From contig CAWKCK010000002.1 in the NCBI GenBank assembly GCA_963848135.1, positions 1 through 64,000 of the forward strand: a stretch of DNA of 64,000 bases, read 5' to 3'. The notes beneath the pieces were generated by a model. The model worked only from the letters and a program-made list of their open reading frames with translations. It searched no databases and had not been told where the DNA came from. The position numbers and the translations under genes were made by a program. Position 1 is the stretch's first letter. Each line of letters begins with the position of its first letter. The stretch comes from an uncultured delta proteobacterium. Lineage in GTDB: Bacteria; Desulfobacterota; Desulfobacteria; Desulfobacterales; SG8-13. Positions 53,782 to 63,290 of this stretch are shown piece after piece.

Positions 53782-54492
53782 TCATCGATGCGTGTGTTTT
53801 TTTCGGCAGCGTTTGGTGAGGGACCGTTGCCTGAGCAAAACGTAAGTGGCGCCGGCCCCTCCGTCGCAAGCGCGCGCGCTGGCGAAAGCCATAACCCATT
53901 TACGCCAGGGGCCGCTGCTGAGCCAGCCGTGAACCTTGGATTTGAGAACTGGCTTGCGGGGCGAGGACAAACCACGGCCATGCACGATGAGAACGGCACG
54001 CTTGCCGCTGCGGATGGCGTCACTCATAAAATCATTGAAAACCAGTTCGGCCTCATGAGCCGTAAAACCGTGAAGGTCGATATGGGCTTGAATAGAATAT
54101 TTCCCACCGTGAAGGGCCCGGGTGGTTATGGGGTGGACATTGTGTCCGAGACCCTCACGATATTCCGGGGTATGGGCGACGACAAATCCTTCACCGGTGC
54201 GCACGAGTCTGTCCAAACGTCGCAACGTGTCGCAATCGTTATTTCGCCTGCGTTGACCGAATGAAATCAGATTGCCGGGAGAGGGCGGACCGTGTTTGTC
54301 CTGAACAATCGGGGCGACGTTTTTCATGGCAGTACGGAACAGTTTGCGGTCCTGCTCCGGATCTGACGGGTATTCCCCCGCAGCGACAGTGGGGTGGGGC
54401 GGGTCGTCGTAAACCGGGAGGGCCGTTTTTTTGATGAGCCGTTCCAGGTGGCGGAAAGGGCGGTGGGCGAAAGGTTTTTTGTGCCGGGTCAT
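53782..54492 (-). CDS. Smr/MutS2 C-terminal domain protein
   Basis: LFRTAMKNVAPI, IDLHG, LIVHGRGLSS and DGGAGATYVLLR. Confidence 0.92.
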   Translation of the reverse strand: MTRHKKPFAHRPFRHLERLIKKTALPVYDDPPHPTVAAGEYPSDPEQDRKLFRTAMKNVAPIVQDKHGPPSPGNLISFGQRRRNNDCDTLRRLDRLVRTGEGFVVAHTPEYREGLGHNVHPITTRALHGGKYSIQAHIDLHGFTAHEAELVFNDFMSDAIRSGKRAVLIVHGRGLSSPRKPVLKSKVHGWLSSGPWRKWVMAFASARACDGGAGATYVLLRQRSLTKRCRKKHTHR

Positions 54493-54872
54493 GATGCAGC
54501 CGTTCCCCTCGGTGGCGTTCGGTTGCCAATACCGGATTAACCGGGTTTTTCAGCCGATACTCGAAACCATTCTTCAGGTGACCATCGAACGAAAGAATGG
54601 TCGTCAACTATATTTTTAACAATTCCCTGGGAACGAATCAAGCCCTCGTTAACCATTTTTCAGCGACGATTGACCGAACCGCTTAACCATAATATAAACG
54701 AACCATTCAATAAGATAAGCAATCAGCGTTGAATTCTTTCGATGAATAACACCGATCTCAGGCGGCACACGATTGTGACTCCGGCGGTTATTTGCAGCGG
54801 TGACACCGTCGACCTTTTGTCTTGATTTTTGCGCCACGAGAGACAGGTGATGCGTGTAAACGGAGAAAAAAT

Positions 54873-56741
54873 ATGGATCTTGATCGGTATTGTCCCCAAA
54901 AATTTGTTTCTGCTGAAGAAGCTGTGTCCAGAATTCGGAACGGTAGCCGCGTTTTTATCGGAACCGGGTGCGGGGAGCCGCAGCACCTGATCGAGGCCAT
55001 GGTGGCCAACAGGCGCCTGCACGATATTATGATTTACCAGATGCTTTCGCACACCCTGGCCCGCTATGTCGATGAGCCCACTTTTCTGAGCCGTTTTTCC
55101 CTTAAATTGTTTTTTGTCAGTGTCTCGATGCGTAAGGCCGCCTTTGAGGGTAAGCTCGATTATCTCCCGGCCTACCTTTCCCAGATCCCGCGGCTCTTTG
55201 CCAGCCACCGCATCGGACTTGATGTGGCCATGATTCAGGTCAGCCCGCCGGACAAATTCGGGTATTGCAGCCTGGGTGTCGCGGTCGATATCACTCGCTC
55301 CGGAATGGAGAATGCCGAGATGGTCATTGCCCAGGTCAATTCGCGGATGCCCAGAACATGGGGTGATAGTTTTGTCCATGTGGATGACATCGACTACCTG
55401 GTCGTGCACGAAGAACCGCTGGTTGAAAGACGGGTCGAAGCAAAAGACATCGAGGTCGTTCGGCGTATCGGGCATTACGTTTCACAATTGGTCGATGATG
55501 GATCAACCCTGCAGGTCGGTTTCGGGCGGGTGCCCAATGCCATATTAAAATACCTGGAAAACAAGAACGATCTTGGTCTTCACACTCAGGTGATAACCGA
55601 TGGATTATTACCGCTGTTCGAGACCAAGGTCATCACGAACAAAAAAAAGAGCCTTTTGCCCGGCCGGGCGGTGGCATCACTGTGCATGGGATCCGAGGAT
55701 CTTTACGGCTATGTTGACAACAATCCTATTTTTTATTTTCGGTCTTCTGAATTCGTCAACGATCCCACTGTCATTGCGCGTAACGACAACCTCGTCTCGA
55801 TCAGTTCGGCCCTCGAGGTTGATCTCACCGGACAGGTCTGCTCTGATTCCAAGGGTTACATGGTTTACAGCGGCATCGGTGACCAGGTCGATTTTATCAG
55901 AGGCAGTGCCATGTCGAAAGGCGGTTTTTCCATCATTGCCCTGCCGTCAACGGCGCAGAATGGAAATGTTTCCCGCATCGTTTCCCACTTGAGCGAAGGG
56001 GCAGGGGTGGCGACCACTCGCGGTGATGTGAATTTCGTTGTCACCGAGTACGGCATCGCCGAGCTTAAAGGCAAAGGAATCTACCAAAGAGTCATGGAGC
56101 TGGCGCAAATTGCACACCCTAAATTTCGGGAACAACTGATTGAGGCCGCCAAAGAACATCGTTACATATTTGCCGACCAACTGCCGCCGTCACGCGAGGA
56201 TCTATTGTTTCTGGAAAACTACAAAAGCGCGCTGACGGTAAGAAATGGAAAAACTATCGAATTCCGTCCGCTGCTGCCTTCCGACGAGTTCGCCTATCGC
56301 AACTTTTTTTATTCACTGCAGGAAAAGACAATTTATCTGCGGTTTTTTCATAGCAAGCGTCTGTTTACACACGAGATGCTGCAGCGCCAATGGTCCCACA
56401 TCGACTATCGAAAAAACACATCGATTATCGGTCTGACACAAAAGGGCGGGCACAAAGAGATTATCGCTATCGGGTCATACGCAAAGGAATCCGAGCGGAG
56501 GGCGGAGGTTGCTTTCGTTGTCAGGGAAGACTACCAGGGTCAGGGGATTGCCTCTTACCTGCTGGGCGTTCTGGAACAAATCGCCAGAGAGAACCAATAC
56601 ACCGCATTTTTTGCCAATGTATTGAGTGAGAACACCGCCATGTTGAGTGTTTTCAAAAAAAGGTATCCGCATATGAAAACCACTGCCTATGACGGCAGCG
56701 AAATGTCTTTTGAAATGGTTTTCGACCCTCCCGCCGGCTGA
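54873..56741 (+). CDS. Acetyl-CoA hydrolase/4-hydroxybutyrate CoA-transferase family protein fused to a C-terminal GNAT domain
   Basis: IQVSPPDKFGYCSLG, EVDLTGQV, SGIGDQVDF, VVTEYGIA and AEVAFVVREDYQGQGIA. Confidence 0.93.
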   Translation: MDLDRYCPQKFVSAEEAVSRIRNGSRVFIGTGCGEPQHLIEAMVANRRLHDIMIYQMLSHTLARYVDEPTFLSRFSLKLFFVSVSMRKAAFEGKLDYLPAYLSQIPRLFASHRIGLDVAMIQVSPPDKFGYCSLGVAVDITRSGMENAEMVIAQVNSRMPRTWGDSFVHVDDIDYLVVHEEPLVERRVEAKDIEVVRRIGHYVSQLVDDGSTLQVGFGRVPNAILKYLENKNDLGLHTQVITDGLLPLFETKVITNKKKSLLPGRAVASLCMGSEDLYGYVDNNPIFYFRSSEFVNDPTVIARNDNLVSISSALEVDLTGQVCSDSKGYMVYSGIGDQVDFIRGSAMSKGGFSIIALPSTAQNGNVSRIVSHLSEGAGVATTRGDVNFVVTEYGIAELKGKGIYQRVMELAQIAHPKFREQLIEAAKEHRYIFADQLPPSREDLLFLENYKSALTVRNGKTIEFRPLLPSDEFAYRNFFYSLQEKTIYLRFFHSKRLFTHEMLQRQWSHIDYRKNTSIIGLTQKGGHKEIIAIGSYAKESERRAEVAFVVREDYQGQGIASYLLGVLEQIARENQYTAFFANVLSENTAMLSVFKKRYPHMKTTAYDGSEMSFEMVFDPPAG

Positions 56742-57166
56742 GGCCTTCTCCGCCCCAGAGCGATCGGTGGATTTGACGGGACGTTGGAACAAAACGATAC
56801 GACTATTTCCACCGCCGACCGGCGCCTTCACTGGATAAACGGATTGTAAAAAAACGTTCTGTTATTGGAACTTTTTTTTCTGCAATCCCTTATACCTTCC
56901 GCCCGTATTTCTGAATTTATTTTTGTAAAGCGTTATAATCAGAAGGCCGGTCTGAGATAACATCATATTTTTTTCTTTGGTTTTGGCTTGTTATCTCCAC
57001 TAAATTGGAGACCCTCCCGGAAATTTCGCTTGATAAACAGGGTGAATATTTGATAATCTTATATGTCAGCAGTATATCAATAAAATTACATAGTATATAA
57101 TTTGTATTATAAATGTTATGCCAAGTATCGCGATGGTGTCTTTAATCTTTTTGTGGAGGAAATCCA

Positions 57167-57571
57167 TTGTCTTACACGCTCGGTCAAGAACAGCTGGATG
57201 GAATGGAAGATGTGTTGCAGCAAGACCTCGTCGAAGTCGGGGTACGGTGCGTTTTTCTGATTGACATGGCCGGTAACATTATCGCCAATCAAGACAATGG
57301 TGAGAGTCAGCATGACGTATACTCCCTTGCCGCCCTGGCCGCCGGAAATTTCGGTGCTGTCAGCGCAATGGCCAAAATCATAGGTGAAGGTGAGTTTTCG
57401 CTGCTCTTCCACAAAGGAAAGAAGGAAAATATCCATTTCAACAAAATCACCGACGAATTTTTAATGATTACCATATTCAGCAATGATATCTCGCTCGGCT
57501 TTCTGAGGCTCAAGGTCAATGAGGCCGTCGAGAGAATAAAAACGATACTCGGTTCGATTGGCGCGTCCTGA
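57167..57571 (+). CDS. mglB: Roadblock/LC7 protein, MglB-like
   Basis: LIDMAGNII, LAALAAGNFGA, FSLLFHKG and SLGFLRL; directly upstream of mglA. Confidence 0.9.
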   Translation: MSYTLGQEQLDGMEDVLQQDLVEVGVRCVFLIDMAGNIIANQDNGESQHDVYSLAALAAGNFGAVSAMAKIIGEGEFSLLFHKGKKENIHFNKITDEFLMITIFSNDISLGFLRLKVNEAVERIKTILGSIGAS

Positions 57572-57638
57572 TCCCGTTTGTTATATTAAGGCCCCGTTGT
57601 CCTCGATTTTACCGATACTATTTGCAGGTACACATTAT

Positions 57639-58244
57639 ATGGCATTCGTTAATCCCAAAAAAAAAGAAGTTCAGGTTAAAATCGTCTATTATGGTCCCGG
57701 AAGAGGGGGCAAAACGACCAACCTTGAATACATATACGACAAGTTCAACAAGCGGATAAAAACCGAAATGGTCACCATCAAAACCCATGGCGACCGAACG
57801 CTTTTTTTCGATTTTCTTCCTTTCGATATCGGCAAGGTGAACGGCTATGACGTCAAAATACAACTTTATACGGTGCCAGGGCAAGTCAAGTACAATGCTA
57901 CGCGACGACTAGTGCTACGCGGTGTCGATGGGATCGTATTCGTCGCGGATGCCATGGCCGTTCGGCGAGAAAAAAACATATTGTCACTCAAGAACCTGCA
58001 GGAAAATCTTGCGAACTACAAGAAGAGCATTTTCAAGACACCGATGGTCCTGCAGTACAATAAAGTCGATCTGGCCGAACAGGGCATTCCCTTGTTACCT
58101 CTTGAAACTCTCGAGCGGGACCTCAACTCCAAACTCAAGACGGCCTCTTTTCCTGCCAGTGCAATTGTGGGAACCAACGTCGTTACGACCCTGAAGAAAA
58201 TCATATCGATGACCATGGCTTCGATCATCAAGGAGCTGAAGTAG
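57639..58244 (+). CDS. mglA: MglA-family small Ras-like GTPase
   Basis: KIVYYGPGRGGKTTNL, DRTLFFDFLP, YTVPGQ and QYNKVD. Confidence 0.95.
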   Translation: MAFVNPKKKEVQVKIVYYGPGRGGKTTNLEYIYDKFNKRIKTEMVTIKTHGDRTLFFDFLPFDIGKVNGYDVKIQLYTVPGQVKYNATRRLVLRGVDGIVFVADAMAVRREKNILSLKNLQENLANYKKSIFKTPMVLQYNKVDLAEQGIPLLPLETLERDLNSKLKTASFPASAIVGTNVVTTLKKIISMTMASIIKELK

Positions 58245-58252
58245 GGGGCAAA

Positions 58253-58906
58253 TTGGTAAGCGAATCACCCGAAGACACTTTTTCCGACGAAGTTGAAGAC
58301 CGACTGGAACACCTGTTCGGTGAGGAGGAACCGGCCGAGATGACTGAGACCAATGGTGGTGCCGTAATAGATTACCCGTTGCGAGAACTTAAAACCATAA
58401 TCCTATCGATTGATTGGGAGATAACGCCCGAGGTCATGGCCGGTTTTGTCGATCAGATCGGGGTGCTGCAGGACAAGTTTAGTGACGACAAGATTGTTCT
58501 TGTTTTTTTGCAGTTGCTGGGATCGCTGGGTGAGTATATCCGCAAGAACCTTGGCCAATCCCACCCGGAAGCTTTCAGGAACCTGAATTCCCTGTTCGTT
58601 GAGCTCGAAAAGATCGTCCAGGACGAAGATCTGACCGCAAACGAGAAGAAGAGAATCCTGTCGACAGAGTTGAGCAAATACAAACAACTGAAGGGAGAAC
58701 TCACAAAAACAAAGACCCCCGCAACCGTGACGAAGGCGGCCACCGTTACGCCACCACTTGCTCAACCAGATGCCCCCCAGCCGGATATTGCACAAGCCAT
58801 CGCCGACCTGAAGCACATTTTTCAAAGAGAACTGCAAGCCCTGCGAGAAGAGATCAAAGCCTTGCGAGATGAACTCGCCCGAGGAGGAAACAGTTCGGAA
58901 GGATAG
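58253..58906 (+). CDS. Hypothetical helical protein with acidic N-terminus and C-terminal coiled coil
   Basis: 217 aa, 8 bp after mglA; ILSIDWEI motif. Confidence 0.8.
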   Translation: MVSESPEDTFSDEVEDRLEHLFGEEEPAEMTETNGGAVIDYPLRELKTIILSIDWEITPEVMAGFVDQIGVLQDKFSDDKIVLVFLQLLGSLGEYIRKNLGQSHPEAFRNLNSLFVELEKIVQDEDLTANEKKRILSTELSKYKQLKGELTKTKTPATVTKAATVTPPLAQPDAPQPDIAQAIADLKHIFQRELQALREEIKALRDELARGGNSSEG

Positions 58907-58936
58907 CAGAACAGGTGTTATTGAAAGGGTGGTCCT

Positions 58937-59455
58937 ATGGGTATATTGACGGGCGATATTTCACGGATGATTTTTCGCCAGGTCGTCGGTGACCACCTCA
59001 AAGAAGTTTCGTTAAATGGCCGTTTGTTATCGATTTTTTTAGAAATGGATGGCAAAAGGAGTCTGGGCTCCATTGCGCGCTCCATACAATTGAATTCGAG
59101 CGATATGAGCGAAGCCGTGTCACGGTTGCTGAATCTAGAATTGATAGAACTTGTCAGGGACAGCAGTGCCGTCATCGACGATGATTTTTTGAAATTCCTC
59201 ACACTTCAATTCGCCAAGGCCATCGGGCCGCTATCCAGAATACTTGTCGAAGAAGCCATCCAAACCGCCGGTTTCAGCCTCAAAAGTTTCCCCGCCGGCC
59301 GGGTGGCAGAACTCGTTGAGACCCTCGCACAAGAAATCCAAAGGGAAGATATAAGGCATCAATTCAGAAATCGCTTGCTCCAGATTATTCAACAGAAGGG
59401 TTATGACCAACCATCACCAAAACGAGTTCAGCAAGAACCCATAGTCGATACGTAA
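58937..59455 (+). CDS. Hypothetical protein: winged-helix-like N-terminus plus small helical domain
   Basis: MDGKRSLGSIA...VSRLLNLELIE; AIGPLSRILVEE. Confidence 0.75.
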   Translation: MGILTGDISRMIFRQVVGDHLKEVSLNGRLLSIFLEMDGKRSLGSIARSIQLNSSDMSEAVSRLLNLELIELVRDSSAVIDDDFLKFLTLQFAKAIGPLSRILVEEAIQTAGFSLKSFPAGRVAELVETLAQEIQREDIRHQFRNRLLQIIQQKGYDQPSPKRVQQEPIVDT

Positions 59456-59571
59456 CGACGATAGCGGTCGTTAGGGGACATGCCGACGCTATCGTCCGGC
59501 TCTGTCCGGTAATGGCCGTTTACCTTCGACGTCGAAGCGGATTTTAGACCGGATTTCAGGAAGAATTTTCG

Positions 59572-60825
59572 ATGATCATTATTTGTGAGGACTGCGGTAA
59601 AAAATACCGGATAGATCCATCTAAGTTGCAAGGGCGGTCGGTCAGATTCAACTGCAAGTCCTGCAACCACCGCATTCAACTGCCAGGGTCGCAGCCGACA
59701 GGGGATGAATCTGCCGGGGGCGAACGGGTGTCGAGCCAAACAAAGCGATCTGCCTCTGCCGATGGGGTTCCGGCTCCGGTTGTCGCGCGAGATATCAGGG
59801 AAACGCAAGATGCAGCGAACGGCACGGGCTCCGGCTCTGAAATTGCGGGTCCGCTGGTAACGGATACAGCCGGTTTTACGGATAACGATGCGGCTGATCT
59901 GGCGGCGGCGCCCCTGTCTGAAGACGCAGTGCCGAATTATTCCCGACACAGTCTGCGTTTTAAAATGCTGATACTGTTCTTTGTCTTGCCGATTACCCTT
60001 TTCGCGATATCCTCTGCCCTTTTTTTAATCCAGACAGAAAGATTGGAGCGTCTGCTCACAGACGAAAGCACGAAGATCGTCAATCGAATGGCCGAGGAAA
60101 AAATAGCCGAACTGTCACGGGCGGTTGCAGACCAGTGCAGGCTGTATCTGATTAACAAACCGAATCTGAAAAAGGAGAATTTCGCCAAAGACGAAGATTT
60201 CAAGGAGCTGTCCGTCCAGAAAGTCGGTACAACCGGTTATACGGCACTTTATGAAAGACCAGCAAAAGATGGTATCTGGCGGACATGGTCGCATGTTCAG
60301 CCCAAAATCATCGGGATAGATATGGCGAAACTCAAGGAGCCGTTGGGTCGAAATTTCGATGGTTTCTGGCAGGTTTTCACCGGAGTAAAAGCCGGCAACG
60401 AGTCCATGGGGTATTATACATGGAAGGACAGTGATGGCCGACTTCGCAATAAATTTATGGTTTGCACACCGATAGAGGGTACCACGTACGTTATCGCCGC
60501 CACAACCTACCTTGAGGAACTGACGCAATCGGTCAATGATTTGAAGATCAGTTCGCACATGCTGGCAAGGCAGGTATTAACCACCACCACCATCATTCTG
60601 GTGGCAACGCTGGTGATGATCGGCACCATCGTTTTATTTTACGGTTACCGCCTCACCCGCAGAATCAGAGAACTGACCCAGATTGCCAACCGGATCAGTA
60701 TCGGCGACATGAATGCTGAAATTTCCGTCCGCACCAAAGACGAAATCGGTGAACTGGCCGAAGCGATATCACGTATGCAGGAGAGCATCCGTTTGTCCAT
60801 CGAACGTTTGCGATCCAGACGCTAA
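59572..60825 (+). CDS. Zinc-ribbon - TM - Cache-like - TM - HAMP protein without an output domain
   Basis: CEDC...CKSC, VGTTGYTAL, GYYTWKD and DEIGELAEAISRMQESIRL at the C-terminus. Confidence 0.87.
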   Translation: MIIICEDCGKKYRIDPSKLQGRSVRFNCKSCNHRIQLPGSQPTGDESAGGERVSSQTKRSASADGVPAPVVARDIRETQDAANGTGSGSEIAGPLVTDTAGFTDNDAADLAAAPLSEDAVPNYSRHSLRFKMLILFFVLPITLFAISSALFLIQTERLERLLTDESTKIVNRMAEEKIAELSRAVADQCRLYLINKPNLKKENFAKDEDFKELSVQKVGTTGYTALYERPAKDGIWRTWSHVQPKIIGIDMAKLKEPLGRNFDGFWQVFTGVKAGNESMGYYTWKDSDGRLRNKFMVCTPIEGTTYVIAATTYLEELTQSVNDLKISSHMLARQVLTTTTIILVATLVMIGTIVLFYGYRLTRRIRELTQIANRISIGDMNAEISVRTKDEIGELAEAISRMQESIRLSIERLRSRR

Positions 60826-60879
60826 GCGTGCACCGATGACACCGGCAACCGGCTATTGGTGCGAAGGCAAGAAACTATC

Positions 60880-61090
60880 ACCCAAGTTGAGCGTTTCATA
60901 TTTTCGAAATATGAAAATAAACAATAAAAATAAGGAATTCTGGCCATCGGAATTTCGAAAATATAAAACCCTAAGGGGTTTCCAATTTTCACCGCATCTA
61001 CGGCGTCATATGCCGTCCCGCATAGCTGACTATAGCGGAACGACATCTTCCTTGTAGCTGCGGCAACCTCGACAATCGCTCAAATTAGGT
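60880..61090 (-). mobile_element. MITE family B, 211 bp, TSD ATC, inverted relative to the 44873 copy
   Basis: ACCCAAGTTGAGCG ... CGCTCAAATTAGGT flanked by ATC on both sides. Confidence 0.88.
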
Positions 61091-61135
61091 ATCAATCAAA
61101 TAGAGCGTTGAATAAAACAAGTGTGAGGACTCCTA

Positions 61136-62122
61136 ATGCTCGTTTTTCCCAAAGAGAAACCCCTGCTGACCAACCTGAATACCTTTTATTTGAAACTCGA
61201 TAAGCTCATTGAACATTGTCAGGGGGAAATCGGCGCCGGGGGCATCTTTTTTCACTCCGTCGCTGCGCAAGGCGCAATTTTTTTTGATCCCGAAGAGATC
61301 CTCGGCGGTTACTTAACTGAAAAGAATGGTGAAAAGGTCGGTGCCGCTGCGGTTGATAGTTTAATACAGGCAGGCTACGATTACAATTTTACGGTCGACA
61401 TTTACCGTATACCACAGGAACAGGTATATTTCTGGTCCAATATTCCAACCGCGGAAAAGATTTATAAGGATCTCAGTACGGATTTTACCGATCTTGAAGG
61501 CCTTATCCGTAAGATGAGTGTCGAGAAATTGACCGGGTATATCGATGTCGACCTTGTCGGCACCCGGGAGAGCGCAATGATTTTCATCAGCGGCGGTGAA
61601 ATCATCGGAGGGTCTTTTTCATGGAATCCGGTCGGCAATGGTTCTGCAAAAGACCATGTCGACGATCTCATCGAGAGGTCCAAGAGGGCCGGGGGCACTT
61701 TTCAAGTCAGCCGAATCCCTGTGGCTGACGACATACAAAACCCATCGCCCGATATACCCACCGATTCAACATACAATCAGAATACATTGAAAATGCTCGA
61801 GGAATTTATCGGCATTTTCGAAACGATTTACAAATCCCGGAAAGACAAACAGCTTGATTTCAATAGCTTGCTGCGAAATAAATTCGTCCAAAACGCAGAT
61901 CGTTTCGAATTCCTCGACCCCTTTGCAGACGAATTCGAATATCGCGATCGCCAGATTATTTTTAAAGGCGATGCCGATGATGGAGAGTTGTCGAACGGAA
62001 TCATCGTTTCCATCAACGAACTGGCCGAAGATATCGGTGTTGCAGACCAACTGAAAAATTATCTGTCCTCCTGGCACCGGAAGTATGAAGCGCTGTTGGA
62101 TAGATTGGGAATACACTTATAG
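61136..62122 (+). CDS. Hypothetical protein with tandem PATAN/DUF4388-like repeats
   Basis: Internal repeat LNTFYLKLDKLI...GAIFF..EEILG and LSTDFTDLEGLI...TGYI...AMIFISGGEIIG. Confidence 0.65.
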   Translation: MLVFPKEKPLLTNLNTFYLKLDKLIEHCQGEIGAGGIFFHSVAAQGAIFFDPEEILGGYLTEKNGEKVGAAAVDSLIQAGYDYNFTVDIYRIPQEQVYFWSNIPTAEKIYKDLSTDFTDLEGLIRKMSVEKLTGYIDVDLVGTRESAMIFISGGEIIGGSFSWNPVGNGSAKDHVDDLIERSKRAGGTFQVSRIPVADDIQNPSPDIPTDSTYNQNTLKMLEEFIGIFETIYKSRKDKQLDFNSLLRNKFVQNADRFEFLDPFADEFEYRDRQIIFKGDADDGELSNGIIVSINELAEDIGVADQLKNYLSSWHRKYEALLDRLGIHL

Positions 62123-62230
62123 TTACGAATGCCGCTGTTGCGCGCGTCACCGACAAACACTGGAAAAGGATCAGCGCTATATGAGGAGACAACCCGTCGG
62201 AGAAAATTGGTGGAGGTCGGCTTGACCGGA

Positions 62231-63241
62231 ATGAAGGACCTTTCCCCGCGTTGGTATTTCGATTTTATTAACAGTTTGCCAACGGCTGTTTATCGAACGA
62301 CGATTGAGGGCAAAATTGTTTTTTGCAATCGCAGATTTGCCGGTATGTTCGGTTTTGAGTCTGCCGATGAAATATCCGGGTTTCAGGCCATAAATCTTTA
62401 CCGCAATAAGAGAGACCGGGGAATTCTCGTGCATTCGATTATGCAAAATGGCGGTGTTAACGATTTACCGCTGCCGTTGGTCCGGCAAGATGGCACGCCG
62501 ATTTGGTGCAGCGTTACCGCCAGAGCGGTTCTGGATGATGACGACATGGTGGTGCATCTGGATGGTGTGCTGCAGGAAATAACGGATAAAATTGAGGAAG
62601 AAGGCATGCCAGCGGGTATCGATGCAACCGCCGGCACTGCCGAGGAAATAATCATCGTTTTCGATGTTCAAGGAACGCTGCTCGAGATTAATGACGCCGG
62701 CGCGCGTCTCCTGGGGTATCCGGCAGCCGAATTGAGGGGGAGGTCCTTGAGTGATTTTATCGCTCCCAGGCATCGGGAACTTCTCATGCTTTATACGGCG
62801 GATATCCTAAAATTCGGCTCTGAGCAGATTATTCTACCCATTGTCGACAAAGACGGTGTTGAACATCAGGTCGATTGTCAGGCACTGTTGATCAAACAGA
62901 GAAACAAAGCGCATCATATCAAAGGGGTTGCCAAGGATGTTACCCGTCGGCTGGTCCGACAGAAAGTCGCGGCCGGCGAAGAAAAGTTCCAAGGTGTTCT
63001 GGAAATGGCCGGCGGTGTTGCCCATCGGCTGAATCAGCCTTTGACTATCATCAACCATCTCTTGGCAGAGATTACTGCAGATCAAAAACCCGGACATGCC
63101 CACTACGACAAGATGATGACCGTTCGAAAACAGGTTTCTAAAATGACTGAAATAACAAAAAAAATAAGCAATATACGAAAGTACGCCGCCATGGAGTACG
63201 TGGCCGGGATAAAGATTGTCGACATTGACCGGGCCAGTTGA
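62231..63241 (+). CDS. PAS-PAS-HisKA(DHp) protein lacking an HATPase domain
   Basis: Two PAS/PAC domains, LEMAGGVAHRLNQPL H-box; the protein ends about 65 aa later. Confidence 0.85.
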   Translation: MKDLSPRWYFDFINSLPTAVYRTTIEGKIVFCNRRFAGMFGFESADEISGFQAINLYRNKRDRGILVHSIMQNGGVNDLPLPLVRQDGTPIWCSVTARAVLDDDDMVVHLDGVLQEITDKIEEEGMPAGIDATAGTAEEIIIVFDVQGTLLEINDAGARLLGYPAAELRGRSLSDFIAPRHRELLMLYTADILKFGSEQIILPIVDKDGVEHQVDCQALLIKQRNKAHHIKGVAKDVTRRLVRQKVAAGEEKFQGVLEMAGGVAHRLNQPLTIINHLLAEITADQKPGHAHYDKMMTVRKQVSKMTEITKKISNIRKYAAMEYVAGIKIVDIDRAS

Positions 63242-63290
63242 TCCCGTTGTATCAACCCCTTCATGCGCATGGCTTACCAAGAGGCGGATA

